Shown here one piece after another: positions 1-15,000 of a stretch of 64,000 bases of DNA; the first letter of the stretch is position 1; every line of letters starts with the position of its first letter. This stretch comes from Tubulanus polymorphus (lineage: Eukaryota; Animalia; Nemertea). Below the pieces are notes generated by a model. It was not told the DNA's origin, did no database searches, and worked only from the letters and a program-made list of their open reading frames with translations. A program made the translations under genes and the position numbers. The stretch covers positions 19,896,950 through 19,960,949 of the forward strand of contig NC_134029.1 of assembly GCF_964204645.1 (NCBI RefSeq), in the 5' to 3' direction.

Positions 1-1923
1 ATGTCGACATAAATATGACGACTTGTCGACTTGGAACGGGACATCTCGAGGCCCCTTATCGCTTCCGTAGTAACCTTCCTCACATCTAGACGTATAATTT
101 TCTATACCAATACTCTATCTTCACGAAATAGTGTAATTGAAAAAAAAACAGCGCACATTGAGTTTGAAACGTATGTATGCGCTCTGTATAGCTCATGAAA
201 GCTGTGAAATTCTAATCGAAATACAGCAAATAATATCTTATTATTCTACTTTGATAATCAGAATATGTCACGCTTTCCGCGGGCGCACTCGGTGAATTCA
301 TTCTCCGACGTTCTTAGCGAGTGAGACGAAAATGACTCGCGCAATGCCATCACTTGAAAAAGCAACATTTAAATACATCGTAACGGGCACGCATTACAAC
401 TGATGATTAGTCCAGTTGTAAATTTCATCATTTTCTTTGGAGTCAATTTGTTGTAATCAGCTTAATCATCTCCTGAGAAAAATCGGGAGCAGAAAAACGG
501 AGATTAAGACGTTCGGACTAATTTATATTCTATATTGGCATGCAGAAATTTTTCTGAAATGCAGAGATTTTTCTGAAGTTCTGATCCGTGTGCTGTGAGG
601 GAATTTCGGGGTCAACCCTCAATTGGCTCTAAAATGTGATATAAAATATGATACTTATGATTAATCAATGTTTATTGGGACTCTCAAACAATGAACATCA
701 GAATTGTCAGAATTTTTTAATTAAGTAGTAGCATCCTATTATGAATTTTGAAGAATGTACAAAACTTCCAAATATTACGGCAGGGTTAACTTTGAATTTT
801 TTTTTGAAATTAATCATGGTTGTACCTGTGAACAAACAAAAGCTAACTACACCGGATTTCTTAATCTATGACGAATTTGATATTTATCCACAGTTTGTAA
901 AATCGCAAATACAAATCATTAAGTACTGGGCAAAGATATTGAGAGCCAAGACAAGCAAACGATTCCTTGTCGTCTTTGGTGATAAAGTTTTAATAAGTTG
1001 TAGACAGAATTCCACGATTCTCCTCCACACATTGTGTTCATTTTCCTGCGCAAGCCACAGTGCATTTAGTTTCATCGCGACTTGAGCTGTCAAAATGGCT
1101 GGAACTACAGAAACAGTCCAGACCATTATGAAGTTCAGCATATCCCGGGGAAAACTGATGTAATGTCTCGGAAAAATTAACATCCATCACGAAATGAAAA
1201 TACCGACTCAATTCATACAACTTTACTTAAACTGAAATTTGCTTGGAAATGGGCCGATTCTGTTCATAAATTCCTGGGAGCAGTTGACACAATTTATTAG
1301 CCATTAAGTAGGGAATAAGGACAAATATAACTCGAAGATCTAGAATAGACCTTACAATCTAAGCCACTTCCAGAAATAAACTGGATTTCTCCTTAATCGT
1401 GTGTTCAAATTTAGAATCGAATACAAAAGACCGTTCTTAAAGCATACATATATACCAGTTAAAATTTTTAATTTTATACGTTCCAAAAATAAATCTATTC
1501 CTGGTTTTGAAAAAAAATAGACATGCTAGAAATAAAACAATAGACGCATTCCAACGAACGGCATTGAAGTCTTATTAAAGTAGAAGGTAGGCGATCGTTA
1601 GGAAGCAGTCGTTCGGAGTTCTGGCTTTGAGAACTTGTTTCGCAGTAAAATCTGGATTGATTCTTACATTACACCTGTAAATTAGTCGTGAAAAACATGA
1701 AGTGTGTGCGTCGTAATCAACAGGATTGATAGTCTAATCAGCAACTGGCAGTAGTTCTCAATCAGGCCAATTACCAATATCACTCAGGCTCATTTACTAA
1801 GTCTCTGATTGGTCGTGCGCAAGATTTGGCGTCCCAAATTACTAACACCAGACAAAGAAATATTCTTTATAAAAGAAAATGGAAATTTGTTATCCACTTT
1901 ACTTTTCGTGCACTGGTAGAAGG

Positions 1924-4706
1924 ATGTCGAGCAGCAACAAGGGTCCGTTCTTGAAACGCTGGAGTACTTTTGGTTGTTTGGCAGCTGTATTATTTAGCGC
2001 GGTAAGTTGAGCTTTATTTTTTATTGTTACGTAGAAAATCGAATAGCCGCGTGTGACGCGCAAGCTTTTGAAATAAGTCTAGCGCTCTCCTTCAGAAAGA
2101 AAAAGATAATATGTTTGAAAAAACATTTGGTATATATTTCCTAATTCGATGATCCGTTTAATGTGATAAAATGCAAATTATTTGCGAATGATAACTGTTC
2201 AAAAAAAGTTATAACGCAAAGGTTTACGATATGAAAAAAATGCACAATATCGTTTTTAATATTCTAGGTTTCTACAGCTCCAAATATCGGTTTGTTATTA
2301 TGGAAACTTACGTCGATAACTACTGTGGAACGAGGTAAGTATTTAAGCGCACCGCGATTATTTCTAAATCTAGATTCGACGATAATCTAGCTATATATTT
2401 GATATATTTGAAAAAGTAACAATAATGTAAAATTTTGATAAGAATTCTCAATGCAAAATCGATTACGTCTATTTTAAGGCACCTATGTATATAACAGTTA
2501 TTTTTAGATATATTATATACGTATACATATAGTATATACTTTTATTGCATAATCGAACATGTCAATATTGATTTGTTTATTTGACACTTTCTGTCACAAG
2601 GCAAATTCCTAACCAACCTTTGGACAAAGAAAGTTACTATTAGTTGCAAGAAACATACTCATGCGTAAAGACAAAGCTATTATTCTCATGTACATGTACT
2701 TATTTGAATATGTATATTTCCGACCCAGTATCAGTCTAATCAACGTGAATAAATTATTTTCTCTTCAATTGTTTTTGAATCTATATGAAACAATGCTAAC
2801 TTTCTAATGGACGATTTGTCGCCCCTGTCAATTTCTGAATATAACTAACGAGTTTTTTTTTTAAATTATTTGCAGATATATATTTCCTGTTATACGTGTG
2901 TTTGGGAATCGATGGACTTCTACTGTTAGCTTCGTTGGTTCTTTTTTACGGCGTTAAAATGGTACGTCTCAACCCCTTATAACCTATTGATCTTATATTA
3001 TTCCCATAGGTATATCAGTTCATTTGAAATAAACCAGTTCAATTGAAAAATTCCTTTCATACCGTTTTATTGCTCATAGAATGTAGGGCAACAAAATATC
3101 TGTGTGGAATCCGGAATCAGCTGCCAAACGATCCATTTTTGACCCTATGTTTTTTGTTCTCAACATTTATTTTAATAAATAAATTGAAATAATGATCTCT
3201 TTTAGGATAAACATTATTGTTTGATTCCATGGATTATTACCAGTAAAACCGATATGGCAGCACATATCTGCTACGCTGCTCTAAACATCATAGAAAAATA
3301 CAAGGAAGACACCGAAGTAAGTTATCGGGCTCTCTCAGTGGGTTGGGGTGATTTTGATAATAAAAATTCATTTCGGAGGAGACCAGTAACAATAACTATG
3401 TTTAGAACGAAAAAGGGAAAAGAAAATCCAATGTGTAGTGTAATTTATAGTCATTCCCATATATGTTTGTGTGGTTGATATTATTGAAAATAATTACCAT
3501 GTATTTACACATATTATTTTGAAGTTTTCTTCTGTGCACTAAGCATGTCTTTTTGCTGAGCAAAATTAAATAAATTCCAAACTGCACAGGCGCATTTTCG
3601 TATTTGCTTTTCTGAATATATTTGCGGATGATAGATTAAATATTTCATATGTTATTTCATCTAATATGCATTTGTTGACTTTGTATTTTCCAGTTTGACA
3701 CAAAAGATATCGTGTTCATCGCGACCTTCTCCGTTAGACTTTGCGGAATGGTAAGGCTTTATGCTATCTAACTCTACTGAACTAGTCGCTGTGACATTGA
3801 TTTATTTTGCATATCAAATGATCACTGATCTATTTCGATATTTCCGCGAAAAGATCTGCTCAATTATGATTTCCGAGAAGTTCAGAAACCAAGAAAAAAC
3901 TGGTTAGTTTGTAATCGAATTCTGATCATTCATGTGCGCATTTTCTTCGCAGGTACTCGGTATGATATTCGTGAATTATAAGTTTCAACGACACATTAAC
4001 AGAAACCGACAAGATGGAAAGGTAGGTTGAACACATCTGGATTTCTGTCAAGAAATCAATTTCCCATTATCCACGTGTCACACGTTTTCGCAATGGATAA
4101 ACGTAACCCTTGCATTTTCAGTCTGCTCGAAATACGACCGAAACAACCGAACCCGTATCACCACCATCTTACAAGACCGACCCGCCGTCTTACAAAGAAC
4201 CGATCACCGCGACGGATCCATTTCCAAAAAGTGCCCCTCCGTCGTATAAACATAACGATCAACCAGAGAACCGCGGCCAGCCGGAGAACCGACTAGTTAA
4301 TCCGTCAACCAACGTCATCAATACTAGAGACAGCTTACCACTTTTAGACGGACCGCAAGAATGGGTGAATGAAGTATTGTTCTATCGTAATATTTGCTTC
4401 CCGCGCATTACGTTGAACAATAACGCCCGGATTGTTGACATCGAAGGCGCCGGGGATAATAGCACCTCCGCGGCAGACGTTTCTCTGCCCGCAACGGACT
4501 ACGCAGTTTCAATCCCAGCGACGGATTACACGGATGGGAATCCATCGGATCTGTTTCACGCGCCGGACGGACGCTGCGTTCAGACGACGATTCCGATCTT
4601 TTACGCGGCAAATATGTACCGACAATTACACAGACAACTGTTCGCCGTGGAATACGGGAATGCAAACGAGGAAATTCCATGCGAAGCCGCAGCACTTCGA
4701 TCGTAG
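1924..4706 (+). CDS. Multi-pass membrane protein, LAPTM/DUF4728-like, with PPxY-containing C-terminal tail (~350 aa, 7 exons)
   Basis: Phase-consistent GT-AG exons 1924-2001, 2268-2334, 2876-2961, 3206-3316, 3694-3750, 3953-4021, 4122-4706 (1053 nt). Hydrophobic segments FGCLAAVLFSAV, IYFLLYVCLGIDGLLLLASLVLFYG, CLIPWII and IVFIATFSVRLCGMVLGMIFV. The 'LLxG...LIPW' pattern resembles LAPTM/DUF4728 proteins. Tail has PPSY three times. AATAAA signals at ~5096-5280. Confidence 0.75.
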
Positions 4707-6008
4707 AAATTACTTGTACTATATCATTTTGTAAATAGTGTAGATATATTGATATTCTGTGAAGAAATATATTTTCATGATAAGCTGTATTCATTTTGGA
4801 TAAGGGAAAAATAACCAGCACGGCATTTACGCTTACTTTCTACGTAATGTACTTAGAAGGTTTAAAAGAGGGAAATTTACTGTCTGAAATAACATTATAT
4901 TTATCAATTTATATCGATATCATTAGCGGATGCCAGTTTTGTATTTTATGTTTATTACATTCGAAGGTTCGAGACACTTTATTTCATCTCCGAACAGTTT
5001 GTAAAACAAACAGTTGCCGAGTAATACAAAACCGTACGAAATATAACTATTCCAGTTGATTGCATTTTTGATTCGGGAGTTTTTTTTCAGCAATGAATAA
5101 AACGATAAAGCGAGGGAGAAATTTATGTCTCTTAAACTAGATAATGGTTAGAAATAAATAATTAGAAACTTAATGATATACTATTTATGCGTAGTCCTTC
5201 ATATAAAACAATCTATTGAAGTGTAAATTTTTGTAATGACAAGTTGTTTTGTGTTGATTTTGTAAATAAAGTTTAATAAACAAAAACATTTGCAATTCCC
5301 TTTTCCTTTCATTCTTCAGATCTTCATTTTTCCTGGATCCATTTCGTTTCGTGTGGGGAACATGGCGCGAGTTAACAACTCAACAAAAATGGCTTCTAAT
5401 GTCTTTGGTTAAGAAAGGGGTGAAATTGGCTCCTATCATTATTCTTGAATGCTACGTCGTTATAAGGGAAAAAAAAGCCGCAAAGAAATTGAGAATAATA
5501 GAATATATATTTCATCAATTTATTATGATAATGAGTGCATATATAAGGCTTGGTGACGAAAATATAATCAAGATCTATCTCTACCAGAGAGTGAAATTTC
5601 TACTTGCACTAAATTCTTGTTATTCTAATGATAAATATTATATTAACTTATAAATTTGAAACGTAAGACTAGGACCAGCCTAGTTTGAAATGTAGAACGC
5701 GTACACTGCACAACTACATCTTTAATCACGACGAAACTATCGAGTATTTTCATTCAGTTACGAGTAATTTGAATTAAGGAATGATTTCATGAATTTTGCA
5801 TTATAAGAAACACAACATCTCGCAGGACAAACAAACCGAAGTGCTGCTGCGGAACTAAATGAGTTCCGTCTCAATTAGTGTCAAATATCAGCACAGCTGA
5901 GTGCCTGAATTAGGCTAGGTTTACGCTAATACTATTCAGGAAAACTGCATTCGAGCGGCATCGTTTGGAATGTAATGTAACGCAATGATTAATCTGACCA
6001 TCATCAGT

Positions 6009-9000
6009 CTACCAGTCGAAATCATCCGATTCCAATCCAGGGCTGAAAATATTCAAAAAGAAACAATTCACAATTTCGTTTCCGATGAGAATGCAGACAG
6101 CGTAAGTTCGGGAAATCGAACTTCGTAATTACCTTTTCGGAGCTGCATCGTCCAATCCGGACACTTCCTGCTCAGAATGCGACCCTTCAACGACATCCGG
6201 TTCTTTCGGTGGCTCGTTCTAAAACGTGTAACAAGGAAGGACAATTATTTCCCACGCTATCCTTTATCAAAAACAGCTCGGTTTAAAATATAATTTCTCT
6301 AAAGAAAACTAATCGTAAACTCCGGATATCACCACAACTATTGTTGTTGCATGAGAAAAATCAATCAACAATTTTCTGCTTTTAGGACACTTTTTCAAAT
6401 GAGCTACATTCTCATGACTGACTTGCTTTTATGATGAAATTGCTGATGAACACAAAAATACACATGTAATCTCCAGGGGCCAGTGTTTTTATGGGCTGGT
6501 ATTACCTGTAACCCGTGGGCGAACTCAACTCATTTTCAATTTAATTAGCTCCTGGGTTTAAGTTAATACCAGTCTATAAAACCGGGCCCAATATCCAGGG
6601 AAAAGGGGGTTTTGGCTAAATTTACTAAGTTGATGCTTGTTTCACGTACCTTAGCATCTTCTTTTTGTTTTTGTATTAGAGCCATATACTGCTGCATGAC
6701 TGGATCAATTTTCAGATCGTCGTTCGGCTCATTATTGTTCGATTCAATTTTCGATTCAATTTTCTTCGTTTCTACGTCCTGAAAATACAAACAAGTACAC
6801 GTCTTACAAAAACACTCTGAACTAGCTCCATATTTTCAGACAGGCGAGGTTTAATCCCAAGTAGAGAGGAAAAGCCGTTTCATAATTCTGAAAATTTTGG
6901 AAAAGATTTTGGGATTCAAACGTAACTTGAAACTGTTGAACAGGAATGTGGGAATGCCGCATATGATTAAAAATTTTGTTAAGTTTCATACATTTTCAGG
7001 TTCGATTTCCGTAGAGTTTCTTTTCTTTCGCCAGCTGTCGCGTTTCTGCTGTCTCGCTTCCCATTCGCGATCTTCTGCCTCGCGGCGTTTGCGTTCCTCC
7101 TCTTCCTGTTGAGTTTCGACTTCTACGAATGAAAAAACCTACAGCTTTAAGAACTACTGTGGACTTAAGAGATCAATGTCGGGCGGTATTTTTCACATGT
7201 GATTTCAAAAGGGCACTTGGTCAGAAACGGGGGGGGGGGGCACTTGGTCAGAAACGGGGGGGGGGTCCAAACCCCCTTCTGGATCTGTGCCCACTCAAAA
7301 TTGAGCAATTCGCGTTGAGAATGAAGTTGAGTTAGTTCGCATTACCAGCCAATCAGGAACTATGTCATTCCTGTGTGCTGACGGCAAATGGCTTATAGTG
7401 GATATGAAGAATCAGGTATGAGTATACTCGTAGTGGCACTGGTGACAGAACCGGAAGTACGAGTATACTCATAGCCGGCAGGGAACGTGTTAACCTATAT
7501 CACGATTCACCCGATTCTATACACACTGACCTTTCTGCATATCATACGAGGCCGTAGGTTTCCACGATTGATCGAGATTGATCGCCGCAGCAGCAGGCGG
7601 CGATGAACGCCTCTCCGCGATCGGCGACGGAGCATTCCACGACTGATCTAAATTCAGAGCTGGTTTTTCTACCGACGCAGCATGGTCGTCTTTTAATGTA
7701 GTTTCCATGTTCGAAACGGGAGTTTCAGCGATAGTTTGCTTCTCTATAAATTTATTGAAATACACATCATTAACTTGGCTAAATTGTTTCTGTGATAAAT
7801 GATTTTCGTATGAAAGTAAAAAAACTGCAAGTACATGTACAGATTTTAAACTATGTACAAATATTTTATATAAATTCTTACTTTTTCTTATATCACACAT
7901 ATTGTGTCTAAGTTTGGTTCATTTTTCTTTAGTCGGTGATTCGACAAATATCTTCATTACAAAACTCGAAAATTGGTTAGAATATTTAGCAAGTCACTGC
8001 TTACGAGGGAAGGTGAAAAGTGAAATATTTTTCTGGCTGCTAGTGATTAGATATACGTGTTAAGAAATCTTACCGCTATCTGCATAGAAGGAAATATGTC
8101 CGTCTTTCGAAGGCGTCTCCTCTATTACGATATCCCTACTATACCCAGGTGAAGGTTTGCTTAGATCATTAGTTTGTTCTAAAGTTCCATTGTTCGTACC
8201 ATCTGAAATTAAAATTAGAATTTTTTTGATAATCATCAGGGAATAAATAAACCGGTACCCGTAAAATAAAATTATGGCGTACCGTTATGACTGTTTGTTT
8301 CCGTAGTTTGTGATCCGGGAAAAATCACCAGGCTCGGGGAACCAGGACGCATTTCTAGATCGGCCATCGTCAGTTGCTTAGTCCCTTTCACTTCCAACCT
8401 AGAAAAAATTCGTACACATGTTGTAGAACTAATAGCAACGAACGAATACCAGTAACACGCAGACAGTTAGAGACACATGTAGTGTCGATTCAAATACACT
8501 TACGCTTGTGAAGGCGGGGTCGCGGTCTCTTGACTACTCGTTTTCACCGTGGACAAACTCAGAGACGGAAGCTGTGGACTTTGATCTTTTATACCACCTT
8601 TATAATCCTCGAGAGCTGCATTAACAATTCATACCACAAATCATGACACAACGTTCTTTTGAAATTGGCACATCATTCAAATTCATGTTTCGAAGCATTG
8701 GAAGAGAATAATTCATTTTCAATTCCAGGCAGCTTAGTTGAATTTCAATTTGGATGTTGCATTTTGAATAAAATCTAGCACTTCAGTTGAACTACTGACT
8801 ATTCATCAATACAGCATACATACTTTTTTCTTTGGTTGTAGAAAATGTGCTCTTAGGACTGGAGCGACGTGGAGACCTAGGAGTACGTGGCGATTTCTTG
8901 GGTGGAGCTGAAATGCAGGCAGTTTAGAAGTTGCAAATTCACCAAAATTTATATCAAAATTATACCAAACACCACCAAAAAACTTAGATCAGATAGGGGG

Positions 9001-12000
9001 AATTTTGTGGGAAATATGCAGCAGATTCTGTCACTGTTAAAAAGTGAGGTTTGAAATCAAGACTGAATTCATAATCAGATTTTGGGTAATACCACAGTGT
9101 AGAGAAGCCGCATTCCTTAAGAACAATATCGATCACACTCCCCGAGATATTAACTATATCAACCAGTTCAGATGTTCAATCAAACATTTTCTGTTTCAAC
9201 GTGCATGTATTGACTACGAAGCATCTCAGCGCTGTCTCAACTTGTCATGAGAAACAGGCGCTTTATAAATGTTTACTATTATTGTGATGATCATAAAGCC
9301 TTCTACGAATTAAATTCTAATCGATTTATCATTCATTGCATTAAATATAATATGATTGAAAAAGATTCGCAACTTTACGTACACGATGGACGTTTATTGA
9401 AGATAGATTGAAGCGGTGAGCTGAGGGCAGCATCGTCGCGGTTTTTGTTGATTAAAGATCGAACGGGATCATCGGTAAAGACGACTTGATACCGCGCGGC
9501 CGTGTTTTTCATCGACTCCGACGGCCAGCCGAAATCCGACTCGGTTACGCGGCCTTGAAATTTCCGATAACTGGTTTCTAACGTCTGCAAAAACACGAAC
9601 ATAAAGACAATACACGTTATTGTGATCTATGATTGAAAGGGTTAAAGTCCAAAACACAAAAAAATATCCATTACATTCAATGGGAAAAGAGTAAGGCCAG
9701 TTTTATCAACATAAGGTCAAATGCAAATCTGTCATCGGTACCAAATTTGCTCCCACCATGCATCAGTGTATTCATAATTCTTTCTTTTAATCGAAATATC
9801 TCGACATACATATATTGTCTCGACGACATATATTGTCCCCCCTGATCATGTTAGAACTTTCCCTGTGTAATGATGAACGGCAGGAGGAAAGGCCGGAGTG
9901 TTGTCATCTTGACGGCAGACCCAAGAAGTAAGCTAGCCCAGTGAGCATTCAAAGTTGTAAAGTTTTAATGACAGGCACGAAGAACATAAATTACAAATCC
10001 CAATACAATTTCCATTTATTTTCTAGAAAAATTTTATGAAATTCCCCTGTTTTCCCAAAGAGAAAGTTGTTCCCTCTGTTTTCCTGAATTGTGGTCACCC
10101 TAGAATGAATTTGTATTTTCTCTACCTCCGCTTCGCGTTCCATTTCTCTCAAACGTCTGCGCGTTTCCGCGATGAAGTCGTCGGTGCCGCTGTCAGCGCT
10201 GTCGTTGTAACCGTTTTTATACCCGCCGACCAGACGTAACTCGGGGGCCGGGTTCTTTTTCTTCAGAGGAGTGTCGAAATAGCCGTCGTTCGTTTTCTGC
10301 GAGTCGGCGTCGCTGTCATCGTCTGCCCCGTTATTCCTGTAGAAGAAAAATACCCTCAAACAAAATTCAACTTGAATCAAGGTGAAATTATGAAAGGATA
10401 TATGAAATAGGAAAAATACATCCATTCGCTGTCGAACATGCCCTTCAAAAATCAATTTGAAATTTTATACTTTTTTGTCTTGTTCTAAAATCAGGTTCTT
10501 ATCTTGGAAATTCAGTCACAGTAAGCTGATTTAGGTCCCTTATTAGCTTATCAAACAAACAAATACCAAAAATAACTGATATTCGATATTTAGAAATATT
10601 TTTGAACTGAAAAAGAGGTCGCTGAGGTTCTGATCCATACCAAATTGGCACAAATGAAACTTATGACAGGGATTTTGGTGGTATTTTCAGCTCATTTTCG
10701 ACAAAAATTGCAAGAAAACCACCGAATCGCATCTAAATAACGAACTTTGTATAAAGATCCACGTGAATGTCTATAATGTAGAGTATGAATTAGAAGTGCT
10801 TTCATCCATTTCAACCAGCACACTGAAGGCTAACACAACACACCATTTTAAAAGAAAATATCACTAAACGTTCACGATATGGATGCATGCAGACAATGTT
10901 GCCAATTGTCAACCGAAAGTAACGAGATCACACACATATTATAAGAAGTGAGAAAAAACTAGGGGTCCAGGGACACCATGCCCACTTGGGAAGTGGTTTC
11001 AAATGCTCAACAATCTAACAATTTCAATATTCAACGCCCCCTGGTGACCATTTACAAAAACCAACGACCTTGAAACTCACCACAATCATAGAACATGTCA
11101 GCAGCTACGATTTTGTAATTGATTGTGATAACAAAATATGCCTCGTTACCAATCTAATATGGCAATACTAAGTCATTCTACTATTCAACGCCCCCTGGTG
11201 ACCATATTCAAAACCCAATGACCTCGAAACTCACCACCATCTTGAGTACGACCGACCCAATTTTTGTTATGTTGATGGGCCCTGGGGGGATTCACATATA
11301 TCCAAAAGATCAAGGTAATTGATCAAAGCGTCTTCAAAATTTCCCTCAATAAGTTCAAAAATGTGTAAAAAGAGCTGATTTTGGCAAACAACAATTGAAT
11401 CTGACAGGGCCAGTTTTTGGGCTGAAGATGTGTCTAGGGTAGATACATGTGTAACCCAAATATCAAGACGTTACCTTGAAGCGTCTTCAAAACTTCCCAA
11501 AATAACTGGATTCCGTCTACGGACGGACGAACGACGGACGAAAAGTGAACGCAATAGCCCGCTGGGACTAAAGTCCCAAGTGGGCTAAAAAGACGATCAT
11601 TCAACACGACATCTAAAGAATACTCTTACCGACGCGAGCAATGCGGGCATGCCACAAATCTTACTGTACGTTTCACGAGGTCGGGGTACCTTACAATATT
11701 CATACAGAAACAATACAAAACTTCATGCAAAATACGCAATCCGGTTTCATTTCATCACATAAACCCGAACTGAACGTTGTTAGTATGTTAAGGCTTAACA
11801 AATACACTGTTTACATAGACTAAGTGAAACTCATAAAAAGTTTTTTTTTTCATGAATTGAATCGAGTGTGTTCATGATGAAGAACATTGAAAGCACAAAT
11901 CGATCAACAAGATGATATGTATCGTCATGCATCATCATTACAAAATGTACGATGAATATCCGGCCAGTTTATTAACATTTGTTAGAAAAGTCTTTTAGAA

Positions 12001-15000
12001 AGAATGTTCGTTTACCTTCTGTTTACTCCATTACTAAGCGCTGAAAGTAGAACGCACAATTCAATGGTTCAAAGAATTTTTAGAAATAAACAAATACAAA
12101 TAACAAATACTGAATTTTTTAGAAATCAATGAAACATATACTAAATATGCCCGACGATGATCTCTAGTGCGAGATCGAGGCATTGTATCTTCTTTTAATT
12201 TCTTTAAAAACATTGTCGATATTTTTTTACTTTTTATCTGTATATAGTGGGTTTTTATCTTATATACCCGGTACTGAATTTTCTCTCAAAAATGAATTCA
12301 AAAAAAAATTTGCTGTACCTTTTTTGTGTTCTGCCAGTTGTAGTCGAAGGTCGCTGATTTCCTGGTTCATTTCTTTCTGAGCCTGCGTATGCTCTTCGAA
12401 CTTCTCCAGTAATTGTTTATTCTGACAAATCTATACGAAGAACAATGAATTTACATAGCAACGAAGTCTTGTACCAGTTAGCAAAATAAATCTTCCAGTT
12501 GCCATTCATTGTTTGTAGTAGTCAGTGACCTCTCTGTGGTTTAGTTTCACGATTGGTAATTTCAATTACACAAGCCCATCCAATTATCAAAGCTTACCAC
12601 TAACGATTCGGTAACTAACTAGGTTTAAAGCAACATGGCTTAAGTAAAAGTAAGCACTTTTCAACACTTTTAGTACATCTCTTTTTAGTGAATTGTGCCC
12701 ATGATAGTTTACATTGTAGTACTAAGTTATACTTGCTACATTAAACCAGACATCAAGGCGGAGTCAAGACAAGTCTAATAGCCAATAAAGCGACCGGTTT
12801 TATGATTCAAGGCCTTTAGGGATTACTTTAAAATCTTCACATACAATCTTGAAATCAATTCATCAAGTCTAACTTTCATTGCTATTTCTCCGGTGGAAAA
12901 ACAGTACCAACTGCGAAGCTGAAAAGAGAAATTCTCTGGCCACTCACCTCGTCGTATAGGCGTTTCTGCAATTGCGAGTGATCTCGTTGGACCATTAGTT
13001 TCTCCTGGTTCACGCTCGTTCGCGCTTTTTCCACTTCGCCTTTCAGTAAAATCACATCGGCCGACGGCTGATTCGATTGGCGCATCATATCACATATAGC
13101 CAGATCACGTTCTACAATCACATTCCAATCACAACTATCATAACTAAATCTAGTGCTGTCTAAATGCGTAGAAGCTTTATGTTTGGCCAGTAGCTTTATA
13201 GCAATTTTAATTGGCTACCGCGATAGCTGTGTTAGCTGCCAATTTTAAATTCCCCTACGACTTCTGTCTAAGGACCCCCCACCATGAAAACTTTCTCTCA
13301 ACAGGTAATATTTACATAATGTCAAGTCGGACTATTCTAAGACTAAATTGAAGTGGCGACTACAATTATTGCGCTAGCTCCCCCTAATGAAGTATATTCA
13401 GGGACACTGGCAGCCACACCCACCACAATAGTCTGGACCACCATGACCCATCGTGATACTGAATATAATCATGACAATTGGTTACCAGACTAGCCGAGCT
13501 TACCTCCCTGGGTTCCAGTTTTATTTACATTTACTGCCAATTCAGTTGATACTGCTAGTTATCATAGATCAATTTTACAAGCAATAATATAACCGGTACT
13601 TACTGTGTCGTTCTCTTTCCAAATCATTCGAAACCTCTGACAACCGACTGAAATCAAGAGAAATTGACTCAATTCAACAGTTGCGGCTTAGTTACCAACA
13701 GATTTAACTATGTGTCATATTTAACCCTTTCAGTGCATCTACACCGCAGTGCGGTGTATAAATCGGTGATGGATTTTGCTAGTACACCACACTGCGGTGT
13801 ATTGATTTAATTAGTAATTATCTTTCTTGAAAAATGGCAGCACTTCAAACATAATGAAATACTAGTAACTAACGATACACCGTGCCGCAGTGTAGACGCA
13901 TTATAGTGCTATTCCCGTGATTCAACACACTCGGGTGGAATTTTCCCAAATTTTCACATTTTCTCAAGCACTATAGGGTATTAATTAGTCAGCACGGAAA
14001 GGGTTAATTCATTTTCATTTACTTCAACCTTAATCTACATATTCGCAAGCGGATGAAACCTCTACGGAGTATTAAACTTCAATAGTGTACACGAAGCATA
14101 TACTCACTGTTTCAAAGTTTCCAATTCTTTCCTCAATACTGCGTTCTCCTCCTTGATATATTTATAATCGACCATCTACGAAAAATATACAAAACGATCA
14201 TTGTTTCATGGAAGCTTTGCCAACAGACTTAGCAGCAGACTGTCAAAGAATATATACTATAGCGAGAAAACAACGATTAAGAAAACAAAAATTGGTATAT
14301 TAGTTCCCAACTTTAACATCAAAATCGATCCTTATTAATGTTGGAAAATTGCTTTTGGTTCATGGACTCGCAATTTCGGGATCTAATTCATAAACAAGGC
14401 CCAGATACTCTTTATGATCATTATACATTTTTATACATACCGACTCATGCTACAAAATTCGATTTTTCAAACGGACGTATCGATAACTTATCATCGCTTA
14501 CCTCTCTGAATTTATCCGTCATCGCTTCGTTTTTATTGGTTGCGGCTACAAGTTCTAAGCGCAGCTGTTCGACTATTCTCTACAAGGAAACGCTAATCAA
14601 CTACAGGCGAAAAAGCTAAAGCTTGAACCGAATTCCAAAAGAGGTGTAGGTATATAAATATATGTATAGCTACTGACTACACTGCATATTTTGACAATAG
14701 ATCTACCTCAGTATAGATTATTCCAGGAAAGATGAATCTTACAACCGATACCACTATGACATCAATAAAGTACCTAGCTGTTCCCGAAATGAGAATTTGT
14801 CATCCAATCAAATGTAACTATACAAATGAAACAATACGTCAAAGAAGCGATGTCATAGGGAGATTCTAAGTCGGCGGCCATCGTTTCAGAAATAGTCCAT
14901 AGCATTGTTAAAATGCTGTGTATTTTCTAAATGAATGTGTTACAATAAGTGAAAAAAATTATAAGGAAGGCCACCTTAAAGTAAATGATAAATTCAGTCA

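Noticed and set aside
741-1220. Overlapping ORFs of 114, 99 and 60 aa
   Set aside because: No recognisable domain or consistent splice structure; possibly decayed repeat.
4027-4821. Alternative-frame and antisense ORFs over the last exon of gene 1 (likewise 58283-58588 and 17066-17389)
   Set aside because: Shadow ORFs of GC-richer real exons.
7211-7266. Duplicated GGGCACTTGGTCAGAAAC(G)n, potential G-quadruplex
   Set aside because: Looks like slippage within a small MITE remnant; nothing supports a function.
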